The notes under the pieces: generated by a model
Seen by the model: only the letters and a program-made list of their open reading frames with translations
What the model was told of the DNA's origin: nothing
Databases searched by the model: none
Shown here: piece by piece, positions 1 to 8,643 of the stretch
How positions within the stretch are numbered: position 1 is the stretch's first letter
How the letters are laid out: each line of letters begins with the position of its first letter
Source of the DNA: an uncultured virus (IMG/VR IMGVR_UViG_3300020416_000007)
Taxonomy: Duplodnaviria > Heunggongvirae > Uroviricota > Caudoviricetes
Reading direction: 5' to 3' (one strand)
Virus record (IMG/VR): IMGVR_UViG_3300020416_000007
Length of the DNA: 20,000 bases
Program-made: the position numbers and the translations under genes

Positions 1-4
1 CATT

Positions 5-454
5 TTGATCTTGTCAAATAAATGGGATATAAGATACCTCAGGCTTGCTGAGGAAGTCGGTACTTGGTCCAAAGATCCCTCCTCCCAAATTGGCGCAGTA
101 GCCATAGGATCTAAGGGCCAAGTATTGGCACAAGGATATAATGGATTTCCTCGAGGAATAATGGACAGCACGATGAGGTTAGCTGATCGTGCAGAAAAAT
201 ATAAGTACATAGTTCACGCTGAACAGAACCTTATATACAATGCTACGTTCAATGGTGTTAACTTAGATGGCTCTACGATATATGTTACAGGTTTGCCAAC
301 GTGTTCCGAATGCGCTAAAGGCGTCATTCAAGTTGGAATCAAACGAGTTGTAATGCCTGTTCAAGATGTAAAAGAACAGTGGATTGAATCGTGGTCTCTT
401 ACAAAAAAAATGTTTAAAGAAGCAGGTGTTGAATATGAGTTCGTTAAAATGTAA
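5..454 (+). CDS. cd: dCMP deaminase (start may lie at or just outside the window edge)
   Basis: SKDPS-x-QIGAV, GYNGFPRG, HAEQN and PTCSECAK zinc-deaminase motifs. Confidence 0.93.
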   Translation: MILSNKWDIRYLRLAEEVGTWSKDPSSQIGAVAIGSKGQVLAQGYNGFPRGIMDSTMRLADRAEKYKYIVHAEQNLIYNATFNGVNLDGSTIYVTGLPTCSECAKGVIQVGIKRVVMPVQDVKEQWIESWSLTKKMFKEAGVEYEFVKM

Positions 455-818
455 TACAATTTTTGTAGGCATGAATCCATCTAAAGTTCCAGTAAGCAGG
501 TCTAAAGGATCTGCTTATAAACGTTTTCATGACTGGTTAGATTATTTAGAATTGAAACATGTATCATTCACTAACCTATCGCCTGATCCTGATTGGGATT
601 TTAAATTTAAATCATTTGATCACAATTTATTGTTTACAAGTCTGCAAAATTATGATAGAATAATAGTATGGGGATCATTAGTATCTAATTATCTAAGAAG
701 GTTAGGTTTCACAGAACACTTTGTTTTACCACATCCTTCACCTAGAAATAGAAAACTTAATGATCATAAATACGTACATAATGTGTTAAATGAGTGTAAG
801 GAATATTTAAATGACTAA
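435..818 (+). CDS. Small uracil-DNA glycosylase superfamily protein
   Basis: IFVGMNPS (motif A-like) and LPHPSPRNR (motif B-like). ATG at 435 with AGGTG upstream is preferred over the ORF-track start at 384. Confidence 0.7.
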   Translation: MSSLKCNTIFVGMNPSKVPVSRSKGSAYKRFHDWLDYLELKHVSFTNLSPDPDWDFKFKSFDHNLLFTSLQNYDRIIVWGSLVSNYLRRLGFTEHFVLPHPSPRNRKLNDHKYVHNVLNECKEYLND

Positions 819-2058
819 GATTGCTATCGTACTAGGGAGAGGTACTGAAGGCTGTGGTGTAACGCAATGTGCTATTCAAATGCAAAAGGTTACAGACGCA
901 CATATCTTTACTACAACTGATAAGAAATGGGGTAGAGCTAAAGGACTTGATATCGTACAAAACGAATTCTCAATGGCAAAGGAATGGGAACTCATAGCTG
1001 ATGCTATTAACTTGTCTTTTGATTTGTGTATCATATATTCTATTCCTTCGAAAGGACATCCTCAAGAATGTCAAGATAATTTTATTCCATTCCTTAAACA
1101 CATTAAAACTCGTAAAGCTTTTATTAACGTAGACCATAAAGCTGCTTCTATTGCACGTAACGCAAATCTTAAAGAAGTCTGTGAAAACGTAGATGTTATT
1201 ATGACTCATAGTATGGAGAATGATTTCTGTAAGTTTATAAGAAAAAATAAAATAGAAACTCCACTTACAAAGATGGGGCTAGGCTTTGATTATGATGGAC
1301 ACCGTGAAAAGTATTGGCGTCCTATTGAAGAACAGCAACACAACATGGTAAGATGGATTGGCCGTACTGCTATGTGGAAAGGACCAAGCGTTATGATTGA
1401 CTTCCATCAAGACGCTTTGATGACGTATGGATTCATCACAGTCCTTGAAGGATTAGAAGCTTCTATTCAATATCCTCTAGTCTTATATAGAGATAATAAA
1501 TCAGATAATCCTACAGATCGTAGAATTGTAGAAAATCATTTCAGGCCTGAGAAACATTACAATGATGTAAAGTTTACACCTGATCTGTATGGCAAAGAAG
1601 TTAAAGATAAAGGTGCATATCTTTATCCTCAATATATAAACTCAGAAGCTATGGACCGTTTATCACGATCAGCGTTTGGTTCTGATTTATATTTTTTGAA
1701 AGCAGAACACTATGGCAATAATATAGAAAATTGTCATGCAGAATGTATAGCATCTGGTACAGTTCCACTATTTCACAAACACTTTTGTGATAACGTGATT
1801 CATCCTGTACAAGGTAAACCAATTAGTCAATGTCAAAATTCTGGTACTCTTGGCGTTGATTACACTAACTTTAATGAGTGCCGCGACCAAATGGTCAAAC
1901 TTAAAAATGATCCTGCGATGAGAGATGATTGGAGAGAGATGGCTTTTGAATTTTGGAAACAACACTCCGACGGAGAAATGGTTGTGAAAGAAATAATTGA
2001 TCTCGCTTTGAACACTACTAGCAACCAACCACAAGGACTCGAGGAATTTTTCACATGA
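811..2058 (+). CDS. agt: DNA alpha-glycosyltransferase, T4 alpha-glucosyltransferase (AGT) homolog
   Basis: Collinear matches to T4 AGT as recalled: RGTEGCGVT (RGLEGCGVT), RWIGRTAMWKG (RWIGRTTTWKG), LEGLE, YINSEAMDRLSRSAFG (YINSEMLERMSKSGFG), ASGTVPLF, REMAFEF. Confidence 0.9.
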   Translation: MTKIAIVLGRGTEGCGVTQCAIQMQKVTDAHIFTTTDKKWGRAKGLDIVQNEFSMAKEWELIADAINLSFDLCIIYSIPSKGHPQECQDNFIPFLKHIKTRKAFINVDHKAASIARNANLKEVCENVDVIMTHSMENDFCKFIRKNKIETPLTKMGLGFDYDGHREKYWRPIEEQQHNMVRWIGRTAMWKGPSVMIDFHQDALMTYGFITVLEGLEASIQYPLVLYRDNKSDNPTDRRIVENHFRPEKHYNDVKFTPDLYGKEVKDKGAYLYPQYINSEAMDRLSRSAFGSDLYFLKAEHYGNNIENCHAECIASGTVPLFHKHFCDNVIHPVQGKPISQCQNSGTLGVDYTNFNECRDQMVKLKNDPAMRDDWREMAFEFWKQHSDGEMVVKEIIDLALNTTSNQPQGLEEFFT

Positions 2059-3008
2059 AAATATTAATCACTGGTATAGCCGGAATGATCGGCTTTCATT
2101 CAGCCAAGTACTTTAGGTCACAAGACTTCGAAGTAGTTGGTGTAGATAACTTCAACGACTATTACGATCCAAAACTAAAAGAAGATCGTGCTAGTATATT
2201 AGAGAAAGAATATGGCGTTTCTATATTACGCCATGATATTCAACACTTTACTCATCTACTTGACAATCCAATATTAAAGGATGTAGATGTCGTATTGCAC
2301 TTAGCAGCATATGCTAATCCACGTCATTCGTTTGAGGAACCTCAACATTATATTGACACTAACATTACAGGTACACAGCGTATCATTGAAACATTAGAAC
2401 AACGAAATATTCCTTGTGTCTATGCTTCAAGCTCATGTGTAATGCATGGACAACCACTTCCATGGAATGAGCATGATAGACCAGCTCATCAAAATAATCC
2501 TTATGGCTGGTCAAAGCGTTCGAATGAATGCCAGTTTATGCATTCAAAATTACCACGTAGCGCTGGTTTACGATTCTTTACTGTGTATGGTCCTTATGGT
2601 CGACCAGACATGGCACTATTTAAATTTACAGATAATATCGTAAAACGCAGACCGATAGATTTATACAACTTTGGTGATATGAAACGTGACTTTACATACG
2701 TAGATGATATTGTACAAGGTATTGGTATTGTAGTTGAAAAAGTATTTAATGACGAAGAGCGATATCATGAAATCTATAACATAGGTTATGGTGATCAGGT
2801 CGAGTTAATTGATTTTGTTGAAGAGATTGAAAAGAACTTAGATCGTAAAGCATTGCGAAATTTAGTCCCTAAGCACCCCGCTGACACCCCTGAGACGTGG
2901 TCTGACACCACTAAGTTGCAGGCGTTAGGTTATAAACCCACAACACCTGTGACAGAAGGTATTCGCGAGTTTGTTTCTTGGTACAAATCTTATTATGGAG
3001 TTAACTAA
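2055..3008 (+). CDS. NAD-dependent epimerase, UDP-glucuronate 4-epimerase (CapI/GAE-like)
   Basis: ITGIAGMIG Rossmann motif, DNFNDYYDPKLK, YGWSK catalytic YxxxK, GLRFFTVYGPYGRPDMALFKF and RDFTYVDDIV, typical of the UDP-GlcA epimerase subfamily. ATGA overlap with agt. Confidence 0.88.
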   Translation: MKILITGIAGMIGFHSAKYFRSQDFEVVGVDNFNDYYDPKLKEDRASILEKEYGVSILRHDIQHFTHLLDNPILKDVDVVLHLAAYANPRHSFEEPQHYIDTNITGTQRIIETLEQRNIPCVYASSSCVMHGQPLPWNEHDRPAHQNNPYGWSKRSNECQFMHSKLPRSAGLRFFTVYGPYGRPDMALFKFTDNIVKRRPIDLYNFGDMKRDFTYVDDIVQGIGIVVEKVFNDEERYHEIYNIGYGDQVELIDFVEEIEKNLDRKALRNLVPKHPADTPETWSDTTKLQALGYKPTTPVTEGIREFVSWYKSYYGVN

Positions 3009-3823
3009 TGAAGCTTGGTATTATAGGCCACGGGTTTGTTGGCAAAGCAGTTGATTATGGTTTTCATAGTTGTGATAAGATTATTATTGATCCTCTATAT
3101 GGAAATGATATTGAAGAACTGGAGAATGAGCGTTTAGATGTTACGTTTGTTTGTGTACCTACACCTATGGGTGAAGACGGTTCAATCGATTCTTCTATTG
3201 TAGAAAAGACTGTACGATTTTGTAAAAGAAAAGTTTCAGGCTTGATTGTAGTTAAGTCTACAGTTACACCAGACATTGTAGAAAAATTACAAGGTGGAAT
3301 GGCAGGCGATAGAGTCATTTACAATCCTGAATTTCTCACAGAAAAGAATGCTCAAGAAGATTTTATTAATCCTCAAATGCATATCTTTGGTGGAGTTAAG
3401 GAGAAAACTAGAAAGCTAAGTTGGATATATAAAGAGTATAGTCTTTGTAAACCTTGTCCAGTATATCACATGTCTGGACCAGATGCTAGCTTTGTTAAGT
3501 ACGGAATCAATTGTTTCTTAGCTTCTAAAGTTTTATGGTTTAATCAATTTTACGATGTAGTAAAAGACTTTGGAGGAAACTTTGGTCATGTCATTAATGC
3601 AATTGGAACTGATAGCCGAATCGGCCAATCTCATACTCGTGTTCCTGGCTTTGACGGTAAGCGTGGTTACGGCGGTGCTTGTTTTCCAAAAGATACAACT
3701 GCCTTTGCAAGTTTTGCTCAATCGTTTTCTACACTAGAAAAAGTGATTGAGGAAAATAATAAGTATAGAAAAGACTACGATAAAGATGAACGTGAATTAG
3801 CACAGAATGTAAGTTATGGTTAA
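3008..3823 (+). CDS. ugd: UDP-glucose/GDP-mannose 6-dehydrogenase family, short form lacking the C-terminal domain
   Basis: GHGFVG, FVCVPTP, VKSTV, NPEFL, K-Y-x-x-N and catalytic GYGGACFPKD. Confidence 0.88.
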   Translation: MKLGIIGHGFVGKAVDYGFHSCDKIIIDPLYGNDIEELENERLDVTFVCVPTPMGEDGSIDSSIVEKTVRFCKRKVSGLIVVKSTVTPDIVEKLQGGMAGDRVIYNPEFLTEKNAQEDFINPQMHIFGGVKEKTRKLSWIYKEYSLCKPCPVYHMSGPDASFVKYGINCFLASKVLWFNQFYDVVKDFGGNFGHVINAIGTDSRIGQSHTRVPGFDGKRGYGGACFPKDTTAFASFAQSFSTLEKVIEENNKYRKDYDKDERELAQNVSYG

Positions 3824-5006
3824 GTATGCAAGTATAGTTCCACTCATTGGTGGCGAAACAATAGCAATGGAAAAGGTATTCGGGTCTAGGCCCGAGTACA
3901 TCTTATCGTATAAGGATTTTCAAGCAAATGATAACCAGCTCCTTAATTATTATAATAATAGTATGCCTTATGTTCTTCTCGATGAAGGCGGTACTGCTCC
4001 TGGCAAAGTTGATATTATCAATACTGTCTGTCCTTGTGCAGGTCTCAGTTCACTTAGTCCTACTAGCGCTAGTGATAGCACTACTAATGATTGGATGGTC
4101 AAGTCTGCAGAGTATGTGCTCGAATCCCTCCAACCAACTGTGTTCTGGGGTGAAAACGCTCCACGGCTCGCTAGTAAAATGGGAGAACCAGTTGTTAACA
4201 GATTACGATCCCTTGCAAAAGATAATGGATATGTCTTCTCAATCTACAAAACAAAATCAATCTTACACGGATTGAGTCAAGTAAGAGATCGTGCATTTTA
4301 TTTCTTTTGGAAAGGTAATGAGGTACCTAAGTTCTCATATTATAATAGACCGTATACTAAGATTGAAGATCAGATACGTTCTTCTGCCACTAACACAGAA
4401 GATCCTATGTTTGAACAGGTGAACAATAAAGCTAAGCCTACAGACAATCCTTATTATCAATATGTGTTAGAAGAAATGCATGGTGGAATTACACACCAAG
4501 AATTTTTTAAGAAGATTGAGAAAACAACTAATCCATTGCATTATATTGAAGATCACGGTGGAGACTATCGTGTAGTAAGTAAGTGGATGTCAGATCGTGG
4601 TCACCAAAAGCTTTCAGAGAAATGCATATACATGTATGAAAAGTTAAAGGCTGGTAAAAATATTATGAGAAAAATGACAGAGATAGGTAAAGACCATATT
4701 GGCGCTTTCGTAGGTCATTTCCCTCATAGCCTAGTGCATCCTGATCAAGACAGGTATATCAATACACGTGAAGCTTTAGATATTATGAAGATGCCAAAAG
4801 ACTTTGAATTACAAGGTGGCTTAAAAAATCTTAACATGATTTGTCAAAACGTGCCTGTCACTACAGCTACAGATATGGCAGAAAATGTAAAAGACTTCTT
4901 AGGTGGAACAGCTGATACTATTAAATCAGAATATGTAGTACAGGATAATAAAACTAAAACTATATTCTCTAGAAAAAAACCTGGTACACTTGAAGCATTT
5001 TTTTAG
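3816..5006 (+). CDS. Divergent DNA cytosine-C5 methyltransferase-like protein
   Basis: Ordered C5-MTase motifs: variant motif I (IVPLIGG), IV (CPCAGLS), VI (GENAPRL), VIII (GLSQVRDRAF), IX (RYINTREALDIM), X (ICQNVPV). Confidence 0.8.
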   Translation: MVKYASIVPLIGGETIAMEKVFGSRPEYILSYKDFQANDNQLLNYYNNSMPYVLLDEGGTAPGKVDIINTVCPCAGLSSLSPTSASDSTTNDWMVKSAEYVLESLQPTVFWGENAPRLASKMGEPVVNRLRSLAKDNGYVFSIYKTKSILHGLSQVRDRAFYFFWKGNEVPKFSYYNRPYTKIEDQIRSSATNTEDPMFEQVNNKAKPTDNPYYQYVLEEMHGGITHQEFFKKIEKTTNPLHYIEDHGGDYRVVSKWMSDRGHQKLSEKCIYMYEKLKAGKNIMRKMTEIGKDHIGAFVGHFPHSLVHPDQDRYINTREALDIMKMPKDFELQGGLKNLNMICQNVPVTTATDMAENVKDFLGGTADTIKSEYVVQDNKTKTIFSRKKPGTLEAFF

Positions 5007-5035
5007 TTTACATTCAGACAAAAATGTGGTAGAAT
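5006..5035 (+). promoter_or_regulatory. T4-type early (host sigma70) promoter upstream of uvsX
   Basis: GTTTACA (5006-5012), 17-nt spacer ending TGTGG, TAGAAT (5030-5035). The same pattern recurs three more times in the window. Confidence 0.8.
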
Positions 5036-5059
5036 TAATTCATAACATAGGAGATGTTT

Positions 5060-6118
5060 ATGAGTATTATGGATAAACTCAAAAAGAATAGTAAGTTAAA
5101 ACATACTGAAGTTCTTTCTGAGTCTAAATTTTTTAACGAAAAAGATATGGTAAAGACACAAGTGCCTATGGTCAATGTAGCTTTATCTGGTTCCGTGGAT
5201 GGCGGACTTACACCTGGACTTACAGTTTTAGCAGGTCCATCCAAACATTTTAAAACTTCATTTGCATTGCTTATGGCTGCAGCATATATGGAAAAATATC
5301 CTGAAGCTGTCATGCTATTTTATGATTCAGAGTTTGGTTCACCGCAAGCATACTTCAATCAATTTGAAATTGATACTTCTCGTGTATTGCATACACCTAT
5401 TACAAATGTAGAAGAATTAAAATTTGATTTGATTGGACAATTGGAAGAACTTGATCGCGATGATAAAGTTATTGTAGTTATTGATTCAATCGGTAACTTA
5501 GCATCTAAGAAAGAAATGGAAGATGCTCTTAACGAAAAGTCTGTTGCTGACATGTCACGCGCTAAAGCACTTAAAGGTTTGTTCCGTATGTCGACACCTT
5601 ACTTAGCTATGAAAAATATTCCATTGCTTGCTGTCAATCATACATATAAAGAAATTGGATTGTTTCCAAGAGATATCGTTGGTGGTGGTACTGGTATCTA
5701 CTATTCAGCAGATGCAATCTGGATTCTTGGTCGTAGACAAAACAAAAAAGGCACTGAGGTTACTGGTTATGATTTTGTAATTAATATTGAAAAATCTAGG
5801 TTTGTAAAAGAAAAATCTAAAATACCAATTACAGTTAATTGGGAAGGTGGTGTTGCACAATACTCAGGTTTACTTGATGTAGCACTAGCTGGTGGATATG
5901 TACATAAACCAAGTAACGGATGGTATGAACCGCTACATCCTGTAACCGGTGAAGTGTTAGGTCGTAAAGTAAGACAAGGAGAAACTGAAGGTGCTTTCTT
6001 CTGGCTTGACATATTTGAAAAGACAGACTTCAAAGAATTTATTAAAAAGCAATTTACCATTGGTTATAAATCAGAAGTATCAATGGATAGGATTGTAGAT
6101 GAAACACCAGGAGAATAA
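5060..6118 (+). CDS. uvsX: UvsX RecA-like recombinase
   Basis: NVALSG, AGPSKHFKT Walker A, FYDSEFG, IDSIGNLASKKE, GGGTGIYYSAD, IEKSRFVKEKSKIP. AGGAG at 5049-5053 favours ATG 5060. Confidence 0.96.
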   Translation: MSIMDKLKKNSKLKHTEVLSESKFFNEKDMVKTQVPMVNVALSGSVDGGLTPGLTVLAGPSKHFKTSFALLMAAAYMEKYPEAVMLFYDSEFGSPQAYFNQFEIDTSRVLHTPITNVEELKFDLIGQLEELDRDDKVIVVIDSIGNLASKKEMEDALNEKSVADMSRAKALKGLFRMSTPYLAMKNIPLLAVNHTYKEIGLFPRDIVGGGTGIYYSADAIWILGRRQNKKGTEVTGYDFVINIEKSRFVKEKSKIPITVNWEGGVAQYSGLLDVALAGGYVHKPSNGWYEPLHPVTGEVLGRKVRQGETEGAFFWLDIFEKTDFKEFIKKQFTIGYKSEVSMDRIVDETPGE

Positions 6119-6434
6119 AACATACGAGTTGATTCCTGATGATGGAGGCGAGTCTTGGCATGTTAGAATTAAAGAAGGCATGTTTTCTGAAGCAGTAATT
6201 CAGTTTGGAGCTATAAAGATTGGTAAACAGTTAGATGACGGTGATCATCAAATTACATTTGATTTTGATCTTATTAGTTCTCCAGATGAAGACTTAAGTG
6301 TTGATGATGAAGAATTACAAACGACTGCTGGAGATATCTTACATGATATTATGGTGCAATCCTTAGAAAAAGATGATGGATCTATGGCAGTCAAAGATGC
6401 AGATAAACCTGATGCTAATTGGGAGATGTTATGA
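6099..6434 (+). CDS. Small acidic protein, probable gp40-like (head vertex assembly chaperone) by position
   Basis: 111-aa acidic ORF immediately after uvsX and before gp41, where T4 gene 40 sits. Function inferred from synteny only. Confidence 0.5.
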   Translation: MKHQENKTYELIPDDGGESWHVRIKEGMFSEAVIQFGAIKIGKQLDDGDHQITFDFDLISSPDEDLSVDDEELQTTAGDILHDIMVQSLEKDDGSMAVKDADKPDANWEML

Positions 6435-6850
6435 AAATACTAATAATGGGTTTGCCGGGATCTGGTAAAACTCATCTAGCTAAAAGATTACACGTGCATT
6501 TAAACTGCGCGTGGTATAACGCAGATAAAGTAAGAGAAATGGCTAATGATTGGGACTTTACTCCATCAGGCCGTAGACGTCAAAGCGAACGTATGAATTC
6601 AATTGCTACGTTTGAAGCGACAAGAGCTCGTACTGTTATCTGCGATTTTGTTTGTCCTACAGGAGAAACACGTAAACAATTCGATGCTGACATTACAATA
6701 TGGATGGACACTATACAAGCTGGTAGATATGATGATACAAATCAAATATTCGAAGAACCAACTGATATGGATTTCAGACTTGCATCTTTTATGTCAGATC
6801 CTGATATTGTTAGCTTTGCAAATTTATTAAAGGAAAAATATAATGTTTAA
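6431..6850 (+). CDS. Adenylylsulfate kinase-like P-loop kinase
   Basis: ILIMGLPGSGKT P-loop, NADKVR, DFT-x-x-GR-x-RQ, DFVCP, FEEP as in APS kinase family. ATGA overlap at 6431. Confidence 0.8.
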   Translation: MKILIMGLPGSGKTHLAKRLHVHLNCAWYNADKVREMANDWDFTPSGRRRQSERMNSIATFEATRARTVICDFVCPTGETRKQFDADITIWMDTIQAGRYDDTNQIFEEPTDMDFRLASFMSDPDIVSFANLLKEKYNV

Positions 6851-7283
6851 TCCAGTAACCAAGCGCCGCTTGTTTAATACAATGGAACCTACAGTTCAAA
6901 TGCTTGGTAGGTGGCAACCGTGGCATCCTGGCCACACAGAATTATTTAAAAAAGCACATGCAATGACTGGTCAAGTTTGCATTCAAATCAGGACTGTACC
7001 GCAAAATCGTGAAGCTAATTCACGAGTACCTGGTCAAGATGATAACCCATGGATAGTTGAAGATGTAAAGCAAAATATTATTAATCATTTATCAGAAGAG
7101 GGGTTTACAGAAGGGTTTGAATATGTTATAATGGTAGTACCAAACATTGTAGACATAGCATATGGACGCGGTGTTGGCTACACATTTACAGAGCACGATC
7201 TTGGTGAACAGATACACGCAATCTCAGCAACTAAAATACGTGCAGATTTAAGAAAGGCTGGCAAGCTTGCAGACAAATCTTGA
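6843..7283 (+). CDS. Cytidylyltransferase-like (HIGH-motif) nucleotidyltransferase
   Basis: LGRWQPWHPGH (HxGH) and ISATKIR motifs. Confidence 0.8.
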   Translation: MFNPVTKRRLFNTMEPTVQMLGRWQPWHPGHTELFKKAHAMTGQVCIQIRTVPQNREANSRVPGQDDNPWIVEDVKQNIINHLSEEGFTEGFEYVIMVVPNIVDIAYGRGVGYTFTEHDLGEQIHAISATKIRADLRKAGKLADKS

Positions 7284-8643
7284 ACTAACAATTTTAAGAA
7301 ACATCTTAACAGATGAAAAGTATATGCGTAAGGTTCTACCTTTCGTAAAACCAGATTATTTTGAGGGTATATACAGAATACTCTTTAAAGAAGCTGGTAA
7401 GTTTGTTGGAAAATATAATAAGCTTCCTACAATAGAAACTTTTAAAATTGAGTTAGATCAGTCTGATAGAATTGGTGGAGAAAATTATACAGTTGCTGTA
7501 GATTTATTACCACAATTATTTTCTAGTGAAAAGATAGATGAGGAATGGTTACTTAATAATACAGAAAAATGGTGCCAAGATAGAGCGATATATAATGCTG
7601 TCATGGAATCGATATCGATTATTGACGGTAAACATGAATCACTAACTAAAGGTGCTTTACCTGAATTATTACAAAAAGCATTAGGTGTAGCTTTCGATAC
7701 TAACGTCGGTCACGATTACATACAGAATGTAGAAGAAAGATGGGATTTCTATAATAAACAAGAAGAAAGGATACCATTTGACATCGAATATTTTAATAAA
7801 ATCACTAAAGGCGGTGTTCCAAATAAAACTCTTAACATTGCTCTTGCCGGCACTGGTGTTGGTAAGTCTCTTTTCATGTGCCACGTTGCCTCTTCTGCCT
7901 TAGTTGACGGTAAAAATGTTTTATATATTACTATGGAAATGGCAGAAGAACGTATAGCAGAACGTATCGATGCAAACTTATTGAATGTACCAATTGATCA
8001 ATTAGAAACAATGCCAAAGACTATGTTTACTGAAAAAGTAAAACAGCTGTCAACTAAAACTACTGGTCAATTAATCATTAAGGAATACCCTACCGGTTCT
8101 GCACATGCTGGTCATTTTCGTGCATTATTAAATGAATTAAAATTAAAGCGACAATTTGAACCAGATATTATTTTTATTGATTACTTAAATATTTGTGCAT
8201 CATCACGAATGAAAGGCATGGGAGGATCGATCAATTCATACAATTACATTAAAGCAATTGCTGAGGAATTACGTGGCCTTGCAGTGGAGTTCGACCTACC
8301 GATCTTCTCTGCAACACAAACGACTCGTTCTGGTTATAGTAACTCGGATGTTGGGCTTGAAGACACGAGCGAGTCTTTTGGATTACCCGCTACCGCTGAC
8401 CTCATGTTTGCACTCATTTCAACAGAAGAACTCCAACAGCTAGGCCAAATGATGGTCAAACAATTAAAGAATAGATATAATGATCCAACACAAAATAAAA
8501 GATTTGTTATCGGTGTAGATCGAAGCAAGATGAAATTATTTGATGTTGATCCAAATGAGCAAACGCTGACAGACGATACACCAGTGTATGATAAGACACC
8601 TGCTGGTGAAGGCATGGCAAAATTTAAGGATTGGAATATATGA
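7267..8643 (+). CDS. gp41: T4 gp41-like replicative DNA helicase
   Basis: AGTGVGKS Walker A, YITMEMAEERIAERIDAN, IKEYPTG, IDYLNI, IAEELRGLAVE, SATQTTRSG, KQLKNRYND. TTG start. Confidence 0.96.
   Translation: MQTNLELTILRNILTDEKYMRKVLPFVKPDYFEGIYRILFKEAGKFVGKYNKLPTIETFKIELDQSDRIGGENYTVAVDLLPQLFSSEKIDEEWLLNNTEKWCQDRAIYNAVMESISIIDGKHESLTKGALPELLQKALGVAFDTNVGHDYIQNVEERWDFYNKQEERIPFDIEYFNKITKGGVPNKTLNIALAGTGVGKSLFMCHVASSALVDGKNVLYITMEMAEERIAERIDANLLNVPIDQLETMPKTMFTEKVKQLSTKTTGQLIIKEYPTGSAHAGHFRALLNELKLKRQFEPDIIFIDYLNICASSRMKGMGGSINSYNYIKAIAEELRGLAVEFDLPIFSATQTTRSGYSNSDVGLEDTSESFGLPATADLMFALISTEELQQLGQMMVKQLKNRYNDPTQNKRFVIGVDRSKMKLFDVDPNEQTLTDDTPVYDKTPAGEGMAKFKDWNI

Noticed and set aside
2055..3823. 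Interpretation as a host LPS/capsule biosynthesis locus
   Set aside because: Flanked by and coupled to phage DNA-acting genes (agt, C5-MTase, uvsX). No flippase, polymerase or LPS glycosyltransferase is present. A surface-glycan role is not formally excluded
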